From Phoronis australis (taxonomy: Eukaryota > Animalia > Phoronida): 64,000 nt of DNA. This document shows, in pieces, positions 14,837 to 25,985 of the stretch (positions are counted from its first letter, which is position 1; each line of letters opens with the position of its first letter). The notes below the pieces were generated by a model. That model made no database searches. It had not been told where the DNA came from and saw only the letters and a program-made list of their open reading frames with translations. The stretch spans positions 191,555 through 255,554 of the forward strand of contig NMRA01000273.1 of NCBI GenBank assembly GCA_002633005.1, in the 5' to 3' direction. A program made the position numbers and the translations under genes.

Positions 14837-15483
14837 CCGTATTCGCCCTAATAACCGCCCAGGGCACTTAGAAAAGTTCGTTTCAGGGGGGCACTTATTG
14901 TAACCCAAGGCGGTTGAAACCCAGTCTCCGAAACGGGTGAAATCGGAAGCTAAGATTCATCATATTTGCGCTCTGTGACATATCTGTAACCTATGACAGA
15001 CTTTCTACAAAATTGTGGTGCATTGCTATCAAACTTTGTTGTTAAATTACGATCATTTTACAGAAAATTGTCCTGAAATCCCAGGGCGAAAACTCGCCGA
15101 CTGACTGCCTTGCAATCGTCGATATGGCAACTTGAGTACTTGATTCGCGGTTTTCAAAGAAATTTGGATTCCTGTGGAGGGCAGGAAAGAGACAATACAA
15201 TCCCGTTGACAAGTACTTGCACTGCGTCTTTTCTGAAAGGCCAGACAATAGTGGGACACATTCCTCGCAAGATCAGCAAAACTTTTGCCTCCGCGCACAA
15301 TGATCTTTTTCAGAAGTCTCGGATATTATTGATGAATTGAAGACGTTACTGTAGAATTTTAGGACTGTAGGTAAGGCATTTTTCACACGTACACGTTCGT
15401 GGGCTGGGCGCTTATTTTAGCAAAGTCTGAAAACGCGAGGGGGGCGCTTATAGGGGCATGGGCAGTTATTAGGGCAAATACGG
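14837..15483. mobile_element. Non-autonomous Tc1/mariner(pogo/Tc2)-like TIR element with TA target duplication
   Basis: TA|CCGTATTCGCCCTAATAACCGCCCA ... TGGGCAGTTATTAGGGCAAATACGG|TA: 25-bp TIRs with 2 mismatches, flanked by TA on both sides. Confidence 0.85.
15143..15289 (+). pseudogene. Frameshifted HIRAN-domain-like relic inside the TIR element
   Basis: Across frameshifts reads IRGF / KEIWIPVEG / ERDN / NPVDKY / IVGHIPRKISKTF, collinear with the HIRAN pattern (RG..Y...W.P..GE...E.DN..D.YAV....VGH.P). Confidence 0.6.
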
Positions 15484-17246
15484 TACTATATGCTCGAAGT
15501 TTCGTTTTATATGTTCAATAATGGAATTATGGGTGTTATGAAATGACGTCCATGATTGGTTCTCGAATTGATTAAATAGCGGCTACCAAAGGAAAGTTGC
15601 TTCCTCATTTTTTCGACAGTTTAGCCCAGTTCATCGATATTTGTGAACACGAATTCAGTTCAGGCGATTCAGAGGTGGTGACTGATGCTACGCAACAGAT
15701 AGATGCCTATTTATAAGCCCTTTAGTCCATTGACGCGCGATTTCATTAGGAACTCGGTTCTGGCCCTGACCAGCCAAAAACAAACTTCCAGCTTCAAGCC
15801 CAGGGCGAGTACACAAGTTCCGCTACAGCAGTCGTTACAATTTACCCAGAGTTCCATTATCGAATATAATCGGAATCAACATCGAAAGGAAAACTTGACA
15901 TTATCGAACACAAATACAAAACAGATTGAATACATATAATAATATCGAACAGAAATTTTCAAAACATTGAATACAATAGTAATGAACATTGAATACATAT
16001 AATCTTATGAAACATAAATGTTGATAACATTGAATTTTGCAACGTATAACACGCTATACAATTCTACTTCATTTTTGCATGGCTTGTACTGTGCAGTTGA
16101 TAAAAAACAGCACTTGGTAAAATTTGAGGGAAGGTACGCCAACCTGGGAAAGATTGAAAAATGGTAATGTTGCCAATTGTTTTTGTGCAAAACAAATGAC
16201 CGTGTTGCCCTTCCAGAACGTATCCAGTGGACCATTCTGAATCTGAAATTGCGAATCACACTCCTCGTTATTTTTTAAAATCCAAATGTGATTTCCTGCC
16301 TTGAAGTTACCCCTTCCAATTTGTGTCTGATTTCTGCCATCTAGTCATTCAGACCTTGTTGCTATTACTTAGCATTTAACAACTTTGGTAATTTGGCTTT
16401 CACAGCATGCTTGGAGGAGTGGCTCAGTTGGGACTGTATTGGAGCTAATGTATTTAAAGTATTTGGGAACAAGAGACCTGTCTGCTGTGTACCTTGTCAA
16501 AGACAAAGAGCCATTGTTCTCAGTAGCTACCTAAACAAGTGAATGGGTGCCCCTGGTAGGTGATGGTTATGTGGGTAGAAAAATAGCAAGCCTCAGATAT
16601 ACATAGGGTCAAATATGGGCATTATCGCTTCAGTCACGTGAGATAAAATAATGAAGAATGCCTGTTCACTACTTGCACACATAGGTGGCGCTACAAAAAG
16701 TTTTTGTTGTGCATTGTTGTTTATGACACAACGCCTCGTTTTAGCATCATTTTTTACGACGCAAACGTGAAAGCACTCGTGTTGCAAACATGCAGAACCG
16801 TTGTACATTGGACACAACATCTCGTTCTCAAGCGTAATGGCAAATTTGTGCAAAATCAGATCAGCATAAAGCCCTTACAGGCAATTTATTTTTTGAGTTT
16901 CGTTTACCACCAAGAGAACACTTTAGGTTGCGGTACACTACAAAAGCCTGCGATGTCGGGATCAAGTGCACATATATTGTTACACTCTTTGAAATTCAGC
17001 ACCCTGTGCAAATTTGATCTTTACTCTTTGAATTATAACAGTATTAGATAGTTTATTCAGTATTAAGCAACGTTCAAATTCTCTTTTTTGTTTCTGGTGA
17101 AAATTATTTTTCTTTTGCTGGAGCAAATTCTGACTTTTTTTGTCGTAAGTCGGAAGAGAACAATGTTAAAAAATTAATTCAAGCTCTCATTCAAGAATTG
17201 TTGCAGCAGAATCTAGGCCCTACTTCACACATTGTGGTCACATTAA

Positions 17247-17582
17247 AGGGAATTTTTTGATTTTACGGGCCAAAAAAGCAACTTTGGCACTTTTGTTCGA
17301 TGGGATAGATTTGTTAGTTTTGACCAGAGCTATAAAACAACAAAATCCATCGTGTTTTTATAATTTCATTACAAATTGCCAATTCTTGCTGTTGTCTATC
17401 AGACATTGACTAAAATCAAGACCACTGTCTTTGCCGTTGAAATACGCTTAAAATGCTCTGCCATTTAACTAGTCAAGATTCAGTTCAGCAGTAGAGCATT
17501 AGGCTGAAAATCCGGAGGTAGTGGCTTCAATTTTGTGCTGCGACTCTCTTCAGAAAAATTTTTTCTCTCCAATAATATCCCT
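17247..17582. mobile_element. Possible TTAA-flanked (Kolobok-like) non-autonomous element containing a decayed tRNA-like segment
   Basis: TTAA|AGGGAATTTTTTGA ... TCCAATAATATCCCT|TTAA with imperfect short TIRs. Internal AGTTCAGCAGTAGAGCATTAGGCTGAAAATCCGGAGGTAGTGGCTTCAATT (~17481-17531) resembles a tRNA or SINE head. Confidence 0.4.
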
Positions 17583-17681
17583 TTAACTGCCCTGTTATTT
17601 GTTATCAGGGATAATTTTGTAGTGTCTTGCATCATTGGTGAATAAAAAATATCATTCACACACTATGATTGTTAAACTCTG

Positions 17682-17949
17682 ACAATGTTAGTGACTATTA
17701 AATCTAATATCCCTGACCAAAACAACAATTTTAGTGACTATTTCAACTAGTTTCCTTGACCAAAACAACAATGTTAGTGATTATCAAAAGTAGAATCCTT
17801 TATCAAAACAATAATGTTAGTAACCATTAAAAGTAGTGTCCCAGTCAAAACAACAATGTTAGTGACTATCAAAATTAGTATTCTTGACTAGAACAACACT
17901 GGTAGTCACTATCACAATTAGTATCCATGACTAAAACGACAAGTGACTA
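17682..17949. repeat. Minisatellite, ~6 diverged copies of a 43-bp unit
   Basis: Unit ~ACAATGTTAGTGACTATCAAAATTAGTATCCTTGACCAAAACA starting at 17682, 17725, 17768, 17811, 17853, 17896. Confidence 0.9.
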
Positions 17950-19142
17950 AGTTCAAGCACATTGTGCAGGAAAATGTGCTGACCTCAACTGACTTAGGTA
18001 TATGTGTTTGGTTTGTTGTTAAAATCAATCAAGTTAATCATTGGATAACTGAGTTCACAAAAGAAACCTCCCTTCTCTGTCGAATCAAAAAAGACAGAAA
18101 ACACTAAAGTGATCCATGGGTCCTCTAAATTGGCTCATAGATTTGAGGCCTTTGGGATAATTGGCCCATAGCCAGATTTCTCTAAAATGATCCCCGGGTT
18201 ATGTTCTAATAATTACCATGTAGTCATCTATTCTGCTGGCACAGTGGAGCCCTTTATCTGTCAGATAAATTAAGAGACATTAGTTAGCAGGGAAATTATC
18301 TTAATTTGCTTGCACTTAAAAGCAAACTGGCACCTCTTTGTAGATGTTATTTTGGTCTGTGTGGAACAGTTGGTAGCCAGAGCAGTGTCTGTGACTGTGA
18401 GAATGGCTTGTCTCCTTTATAATTAGTTAAGTGGTAGTTAGGATTGGATTATGAGTTATGTCAAGCTCAGTCCTGCTCAGGTATAGTGTAGTTTCAGCCT
18501 TTGGTATTGTGACGTACTTGAACTCTTGTTTCACCGTACAAACTCACCTAAGTACTGATTCGCGTAACCTATCTTGTTGGTACTCGTGAAAATCCAAAAT
18601 CCGTATCTATCAAAAGCAGTGTCCTGAAATCAGCTGCTACTTAGGGAACTTGCCATGACTGTCAGCAAAAATCCAAAGGAAGTCATGTTTAGTGCCCAAT
18701 TTGCAGACTAAACCTTTTTTGTGGTTTAGTTCATATAGGGTTACGTGAAAAGTGGGGAAGTCATTAAATCTCTGTATAGACTATTTTACACCTGGTCGTC
18801 AAGGTATTTGTCCAAAAAAACTAACATGATGGTTTTGCCTTGTTTTTCTATTGATTTTCATTTTGTTATTGCTAAGCCAGTGTAACAGAACTGAAGTAAA
18901 ACACAAAGGATTCGGATTTACGCATTACAATACTCCTTAATCCTGCGGGTTACTGCGCGTGTTCAACTTAATATCCACCCGGGAAATTTCCAAATTTTCA
19001 CTTTTGAATTACTCATGCTCGACTTAACACCCACCTCCAATGTCTATTATCGAACTATTACAAAACTTGCTTTTTCTTCTTAAGTTGGTTCAGACCAACA
19101 AGGACTCTTAAAGGGGATGTTTCCTTTTAGTGAAAATACAGA

Positions 19143-19626
19143 GGTCATTTCCCATACACTTAACATTGCTACTATCAGAGCTTCAATGTTGACAGTGTTT
19201 AACTGTGAAGTTGAGCATCGCCGGTCCCATCAGCTTCGGTGGTGGTAGCTCATTTTGCATACGTTCAGTGATTTTTTGGAATATTAGGAATCCCACAAAT
19301 TTGCAGATAAATTTAAACTGAATGCTTATACTGCCAAATTATAAGTATTGGAACAAAATGTTAGCAAATGTTAACCAGTTAACACCCATTGTTGGCAAAT
19401 GCAGTGACCCCGGTCGATTTTTGTTAGCGTCAAAGTTGAGCGTTCTCAACGCAGCGAAGTGCAATAACTTCGCTGTTGAATCCACCTAAATTACTCCAAA
19501 GTAAACTCATGCTGCTAACTTCAACTCAAGGCCAAAGTTAAGTGTTCCCATTATCCAAAACTTTGCTAATAACGAAGCTATCCAAAACTTTGCTAATAAC
19601 GAAGCTTCAAGTTAGTGGGAGAGGCC
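19143..19626. mobile_element. PIF/Harbinger-like MITE family, copy 1 (degenerate)
   Basis: Right end GTTAGTGGGAGAGGCC is the reverse complement of the family terminus GGCCTYTCCCACTAAC. Shares AATCCACCT and AACTTC..AAGTT motifs with the copies at 20510 and 33022. Contains a 27-bp tandem duplication (~19552-19605). Confidence 0.5.
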
Positions 19627-20292
19627 TTTTTTAAATACATGCTTCCATGTTAAATACCGTTCCCCTTACACGTTTCTGCTATCTATGGGACCATATAAAG
19701 TAACATAAAGGACCCAGCAATAGGTCCTACTCCATAGACAAAACATGATAGCCTTCTCGCTATGGAACAAAGTCTGCAATAGTCTGTTGTGTTTCCCCAA
19801 AAGAAGGGAATGTTGAACCAAGATGAGAGTCCTTAGTCGTGCCATTTAGGCTACATTCTGTTGTTCCATGGATGGTACATACCAGATAAGGGTACACTAA
19901 TTAACACAGAAAAAAACATCTTTACAACATAACCAATGATCTGCATTTTTTAGTTCAGGTAACGTCAAAACTAGCTGCTTTCTCCTATAAATAATTTGCC
20001 TATGGAAGGTCATAATACCGAGTGTGTCATTGAAGTGTATTTTTAAGATTCTGCTTGAATGATATTTTTTACACCATATCCACTTATAAGTAATTCAAAA
20101 CTCAGAAATTGAACTGTGTGCAGGTTGTTGATGGCAGCTTGTTTCAAAGTGCAATAGTAGTTGTTATGGTTTTGCAACAAACATATACTTATAGAATGTT
20201 GACATACTGCAAAACCAGGTTGGTGATAAACAAGTTGGTATCAATTGTGGAGTGAATCATTTCAACTGGACTTACTTGATAAACATGTCCTA

Positions 20293-20505
20293 GATCGTAG
20301 ATGACCTCCCATCCCCTTTAAAGGGAAGATGGCAACTGCGTCCTGTTAGAGGTCTTTCCTTGCTCGACACCTCACGGTCCATCCTTCTCTTAACAAACGT
20401 CTGCTTGGGATGTCAGTATCCGCCAGATGTCACGCTACGCAACAGCTCATACCCAGACACAGTTGCCACCTTCCCTTTGTAGGAGACGGGAGTTCCTCGA
20501 AGATC
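20293..20505. mobile_element. MITE with ~60-bp imperfect TIRs
   Basis: GATCGTAGATGACCTCCCATCCCCTTTAAAGGGAAGATGGCAACTG vs the reverse complement of CAGTTGCCACCTTCCCTTTGTAGGAGACGGGAGTTCCTCGAAGATC. Confidence 0.65.
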
Positions 20506-20509
20506 AAAA

Positions 20510-20999
20510 GGCCTTTTCATATTTGACTTAACTGCGGTCTGAGTGAGCATCAACATAATCGGCAAAGTTAATGGAACCATTCATACTCGTTTCGGTAGCC
20601 AATGCACTTCGAAGTAACGGGTAGGTGACACTGTTGTCATCGAAGTTATCACAAGGTAGCGCTGCACGCTAAGATTTTTTTAGTGTGACAATTTGGGAAC
20701 GTTTACGTGTGCTAATTTACATAAAAGTTATTTTTAATTTGATTGGTGATTATTCGAGCAAAATTTAAGCAACTATTATCAACAGCACTACCTTGTAATT
20801 GTTGACGATAACAGTGGCACCTGGTGATAACTTCGATAGAACCAAAGTTGACCAATAATACTCCACTGCAGGGTCTACACTCTGCTCTTAAATCCACCTG
20901 TTTATTGCGAAGTTAACTTCGATCCAGGACCGAAGTTAAGCGTTCATACTGACCGCAGCTCCCAAAACATTGACGCATTGACGTTAGTATGAAAGGCCC
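20510..20999. mobile_element. PIF/Harbinger-like MITE family, copy 2
   Basis: GGCCTTTTCATA ... TATGAAAGGCCC termini, subterminal CTGCGGTC/GACCGCAG inverted pair, AAA/TAA 3-bp flanks. Confidence 0.6.
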
Positions 21000-23096
21000 T
21001 AAAGACATTTTTAGTTCACTCCACATTTGATATGCCTGGATGGATCGAAACTTGCATTTCATTAAGGTATTATTAAAGCTAATTTGCATAAGAGGGTCAC
21101 CGCGAGTTCAGCTGACTCACATGCCCTGTTCACCAACTGCCTAAAACGCTGATATTTTCGCTAGCACTTTTGCTAGTAACAAAAACATCAGTAATGCTAA
21201 TAGCTAAAAGTGTGGCAGTTTGAGTTACAACTAATCTGCTTGCGTTTTCGCTAGCACTTTAGTAGCCAGATCATGCGCTTCAAAGGACACACATGCTCAA
21301 AGGTAAGAGGTTTATCGTCGCATTAGTCAATTTATGGCAGAGAATGAACATGCATCAATTTTCATTTAAAAGCAATTTAGGTGGTGATGAAACAAATTGA
21401 CTAACGGCGAAAATGACGTCTTTGAGGACTGCTCGGCTATCTGGCTGAACCGCTAGTGTTTTCAGTAGCGGTGGAGATGCTAGTGATGTGGCTAACATTA
21501 TAGTCTGCGAAACTGCCAAGGCATGTCTCCAGTTGACACACAATCTGGCAGACAAGCGAAATTTTACGGCTTTATATGAAAATTAGTAGCACCAATTACG
21601 TGATTTGTGATGTTAAAGTTCTCATCACAGTTTCCGTCAGTTTGAGAAAGTGCTAGCCTTCACAAAAAGTGTTAGAAGCTTACAAAAATGGGAAATGAAC
21701 TTTTTGGTAATTATTTTGTTACAGAAATTCGTGAGGTTTTAGTGCAAAAAACAGTACCTTATATATTTTCAGTCAATTTGGTTTCATCATTTCCGTATGA
21801 ACTGGGCGATGTAAATATATTTCCATTGGCGTTAACATTTATTGGCCGATCTCACAAAAGTTTCTTGCCATTTTGCGTAAGTGTCTCTACTTGGCTTACA
21901 TAACACTCACACCCTGGTTTTCAGGTTCAGTTTAATCTCCTTGGGCAATTTAAGTCATGTGACATTGTTTGCCCCGGGACAATAACCTTGGCTTGTATAG
22001 TATAGCTCACGTGACATTTATTGTTTTATGTATTACCCCCCTCCCCCCCACCAATACAGTAAAGGTTTCGTGGCATTGCTTTGTTCCATGCTAACGAGCA
22101 CTGAAACAATATGACTTACCACCATTTATGATTTTTTCTCAAATTTGGCCAATCAATAGACCCTCTGAACCGTAGTTTCAGTATTTATACAACAGTAGGT
22201 ATTTAGGAGTGTAACTATTTATTTTTGATTTGATCAGTTGCCTCGCAATTCTCTAATCAGGTCACTGTCTCCTGATTTTTCATGCAAGCTTTGAAAAATT
22301 CCTCTTGTGATTGTCGGGTTTTGTTTTGATCAAATACGATCCCTGATCTTTTTTCTTCAGGAGGTGAAAGAGGATCATTTTTAGGAAACAAGATGGCCGC
22401 TGCTTCCTGCTGGTTGTTTGAAGATAAGGAGGCCGTCTCCTGTCTGACTACTGATGGTGTCCTGTGATACAGTGTGGTGGTTGTAGCCAACGGAAATGAA
22501 ATGAAGACATTATGTCATTAGTGAGTAAGAAATCTACGTTGTTTTTCGATATTTAAGCGCAGGGTTTGCTGTCCCTGGGCAAAAATCCAAACAGAGCTCA
22601 AACTGATACTCGCACTGTGCGTCATTGTTTTTAGCTCGTTCTTTATGTCAATTAACAGAAGTAACCTTAGTTACCTGTCATTGATGCTAACAAAGCTCAG
22701 TTAGGGTGACATGCCAATATTTACTTTTTTTAAAATTTCAAAGACAAATTACTTACTATGAATAATGCAAATTGTACCAACCACCATTGTACAAATCAAG
22801 CTAAGTGATAGACTGAAACTTTTTTACTTTTTTAATCTTTAATTTTTTGTCAAATTTGACAAAATCAAAATTCACTGGTACACCATTTTCTATGCTATGT
22901 ACAATGGAATAACCAATGGCGTTTTCAGTCCATGTGCCTCGATGCTGAATCGGTCGTTACACGTACACTAAAAATTTGTAGTAATGCAGTCTCAAATATG
23001 CCGTGGAATCCTTCAGATTTTCCGATGATTGTTAGCCTTCAGAGTCTCCGTTGTTTTTAAGTTGTTGTAGACCCTGTTACATTGTGCCAAAGGAAT

Positions 23097-23198
23097 AAAT
23101 AGTTAGAGGTAGATCAGAAGAGTATGCTAGCCATCAGTGCCAAACAAATAGTCAGAGATAGATCAGGAGAGTACTCTGATCATCAGTACCAAACAAAT
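23097..23198. repeat. Two diverged tandem copies of a ~49-bp unit
   Basis: AAATAGTTAGAGGTAGATCAGAAGAGTATGCTAGCCATCAGTGCCAAAC / AAATAGTCAGAGATAGATCAGGAGAGTACTCTGATCATCAGTACCAAAC. Confidence 0.8.
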
Positions 23199-23772
23199 TC
23201 AGTCCTCCTGTAACATAGTTTAAAAAAAGTATTTGAAGGATTCGAACTTCAAAACATTGTTGCTGTGAAAAAAAATTGACCCACCTTGTAGTTGTTACAA
23301 GTATTTTAGAGGTTTATGCACGGTTTTCTACAGAAGCATTATTTTGTATCAGAAATCGTCTTTTTTGGTTGTCAAAGTCAAAACAACTCAAGTTCTTTCT
23401 GATGAACATGAGCTTCTGTTGGAATTAAGCTCTCTACGAAGAATATGGGATGCTTCACGTGAGGTCTGAACTAATACTATGTGACAAATTAAGCAGAATT
23501 TTGTTGCAATGAGAGACTTTCAAACAGCAATGTGGTGACTGGTCAGATGGGTCCGGATATCAGTGACCTCAAGAGAATGAGGAGGCACTTTGTAACTTGT
23601 TTAAAACACATCACATCTAATCACATACATTGTAAAAAGATCTTTTCACGAAGGCAAACCGTTCCCCTATGGCATCCGCTGTGAAGACAAAAGTAACTCC
23701 TGGTATAGCTAGGCTGTGATGTGAGTCACCGGTCTCATGTGATCAGCCCCCATTGCCTGTTGAAAGTCATAT

Positions 23773-25985
23773 TTAGCCACGCAACCATGAAGGTGAGAGA
23801 TGTTGAATGTGTCTTGCCTATGATCACTGGGCCGTGACAACACAATTGTTACTTTGTTACATCGCTGCCTATTGTGGCAGTCTATCAAATTGGCATGTCT
23901 AGAAAGCCATAGTAGAAAAATTTCAGGACACATATTTTTTCTACGCAAGATTTAAAAACAGGCCAAAACATTAAATGTAATCTGCAGGACCATAAAAAAT
24001 ACCTCAAAACCAGAATTTTTACTTATATATTAATTAAAAACAGTACAAAACATTATTTTCGTGTCGCTAGACCAAAAAACATTAAAAGACAAAAATTTAT
24101 CACACCAAGACCAAAAAAATTAGCACGTCAGGACCGAAAATTTATGACGCCGCAAAATTTCTTTCCCTGAGGAGATCACGTGACCTTCCGCAGGCATCGG
24201 CTCCTCAAAGTAATAACAATAATAACGTGAGTACTAGGTACACGAGGGCTAAGCGTTCAACTATGTCTCATTGACGACAGTCATATTTTCGTGACAATGA
24301 GGTTGAATTTCTGTCGCCTCTTCTACGCTTTTTTAGGCCAATAGGCACATTAGAATTGTTTACGACTCAGTATTACAGAAACACAGCAGATCGTCATTGT
24401 CGGATAGCAGATATCACGTGGCCTTCTGGCATGAAAATTTACTCTCCTGGCGTGATAAATTTTCAGTCTTGGCGTGATAAATTTATGATCCTGACGTGAT
24501 AAATTTATGATCCTGACGTGATAAATTTATGATCCTGACGTGATAAATTTTTGTTCCTTCAACACACATTAGCATTTTCTCAAGGGTTTATTTTACCCAT
24601 ATATGATGAGCTCGTTCTAATCTTGCTGCGCCCACAGTCAACAGGAGCAATTAGGCAGAGCTGTTGCTGTGAACTTAATGTGACTTCTATGTGCACCCCT
24701 AGTTGCTCATTAACCATAAATAATTATTTACCGTTTCACTGCAACTAGATTGTAACACTTAAAGGAACAGTTTGCTAGAATGATGGTAGTTTAAGTCACT
24801 GTCAATGTGATGGTACATTTCCTGTTGCATAAGTATTTTGCTGCAACGATTCTCTCTTGCTTGACCTCATCACCACCCCCAATTTATACGATCAAGATTT
24901 CGTTGAAAGTCTCTCTGTAAGNTTAGCTACGCAACCATGAAGGTGAGAGATGTTGAATGTGTCTTGCCTATGATCAATGGGCCGTGACAACATCATTGTT
25001 ACTTTGTTACATCGCTGCTTATTGTGCCCTTCAAATTGGCATGTCTAGAAAGCCATAGTAGAAAAAATTCAGGACATATTTTTTCTACGCAAGATTTAAA
25101 AACAGGCCAAAACATTAAATGTAATCTGCAGGAGCATAAAAAATACCTCAAAACCAGAATTTTCACTTATATATTAATTAAAAACAGCACAAAACATTAA
25201 AAGACAAAAATGTATCACACCAAGACCAAAAAAATTAGCACGTCAGGACCGAAAATTTATGACGCCAGAAAATTTCTTTCCCTGAGGAGATCACGTGACC
25301 TTCCACAGGCATTGGCTCCTCAAAGTAATAACGTGAGTACGAGGTACACAAGGGCTAAGCGTTCAACAATGTCTCGTTGACGACAGTCATATTTTCGTGA
25401 CAGTGAGGTTGAATTTCTGTCGCCTCTTCCACGCTTTTTTTAGACACTTGGACACATTGGAATTGTTTACGACTCAGTATTACAGAAACACAGCAGATCG
25501 TCATTGTCGGATAGCAGGTAGTCACGTGGTCTTCTGGCATGAAAATTTACTGTCCTGGCGTGATAAATTTTCAGTCTTGGCGTGATAAATTTATGATCCT
25601 GACGTGATAAATTTTTGTTCCTTCAACACACGTTAGCATTTACTCGAGGGTTTATTTTACCCATATATGACGAGCTTGTTCTAATGTTGCTGCACCCACA
25701 GTCAACAGGAGCAATTAGGCAGAGCTGTTGTTGTGAACTTGATGTGACTTCTATGTGCACCCCTAGTTGCTCATTAACCATAAATAATTATTTACCGTTT
25801 CACTGCAACTAGATTGTAACACTTAAAGGAACAGTTTGCTAGAATGATGGTAGTTTAAGTCACTGTCAATGTGATGGTACATTTCCTGTTGCATAAGTAT
25901 TTTGCTGCAACGATTCTCTCTTGCTTGACCTCATCACCACCCCCAATTTATACGATCAAGATTTCGTTGAAAGTCTCTCTGTAAG
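23773..25985. repeat. ~1.1-kb direct duplication (23773-24921 / 24923-25985) joined by a single n; probable uncollapsed haplotypes
   Basis: Near-identical copies with scattered SNPs and indels; the junction falls exactly at n24922. Confidence 0.85.
24090..24552. mobile_element. Foldback-like element whose inverted arms are built of 22-bp tandem units
   Basis: Right arm has tandem CGTGATAAATTTATGATCCTGA (24428-24552). Left arm (24090-24151) has reverse-complement units (AAAAATTTATCACACCAAGAC, GCACGTCAGGACCGAAAATTTATGACGCC). Repeated at ~25205-25616. Confidence 0.7.

Larger units (their letters stand above)
14664..16072. mobile_element. Long-TIR non-autonomous DNA element hosting the nested TA element
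   Basis: Left GCGTGTTATGTGTTGCAAAATTCAATGTTA...ATTATATGTAT (from 14680) is the reverse complement of right ...ATACATATAAT...TAACATTGAATTTTGCAACGTATAACACGC (to 16054). Exact ends and TSD are uncertain. Confidence 0.7.

Noticed and set aside
17682-17949. 43-bp periodic array as CRISPR
   Set aside because: The whole unit is repeated with no unique spacers, there are no cas genes, and the context is eukaryotic; it is a minisatellite. The same applies to the 22-bp array at 24428-24552.
24551-25812. Twin 65-aa ORFs as a duplicated small-protein gene
   Set aside because: They start at non-ATG codons within a repeat arm and are explained by the n-joined duplication; no coding features.
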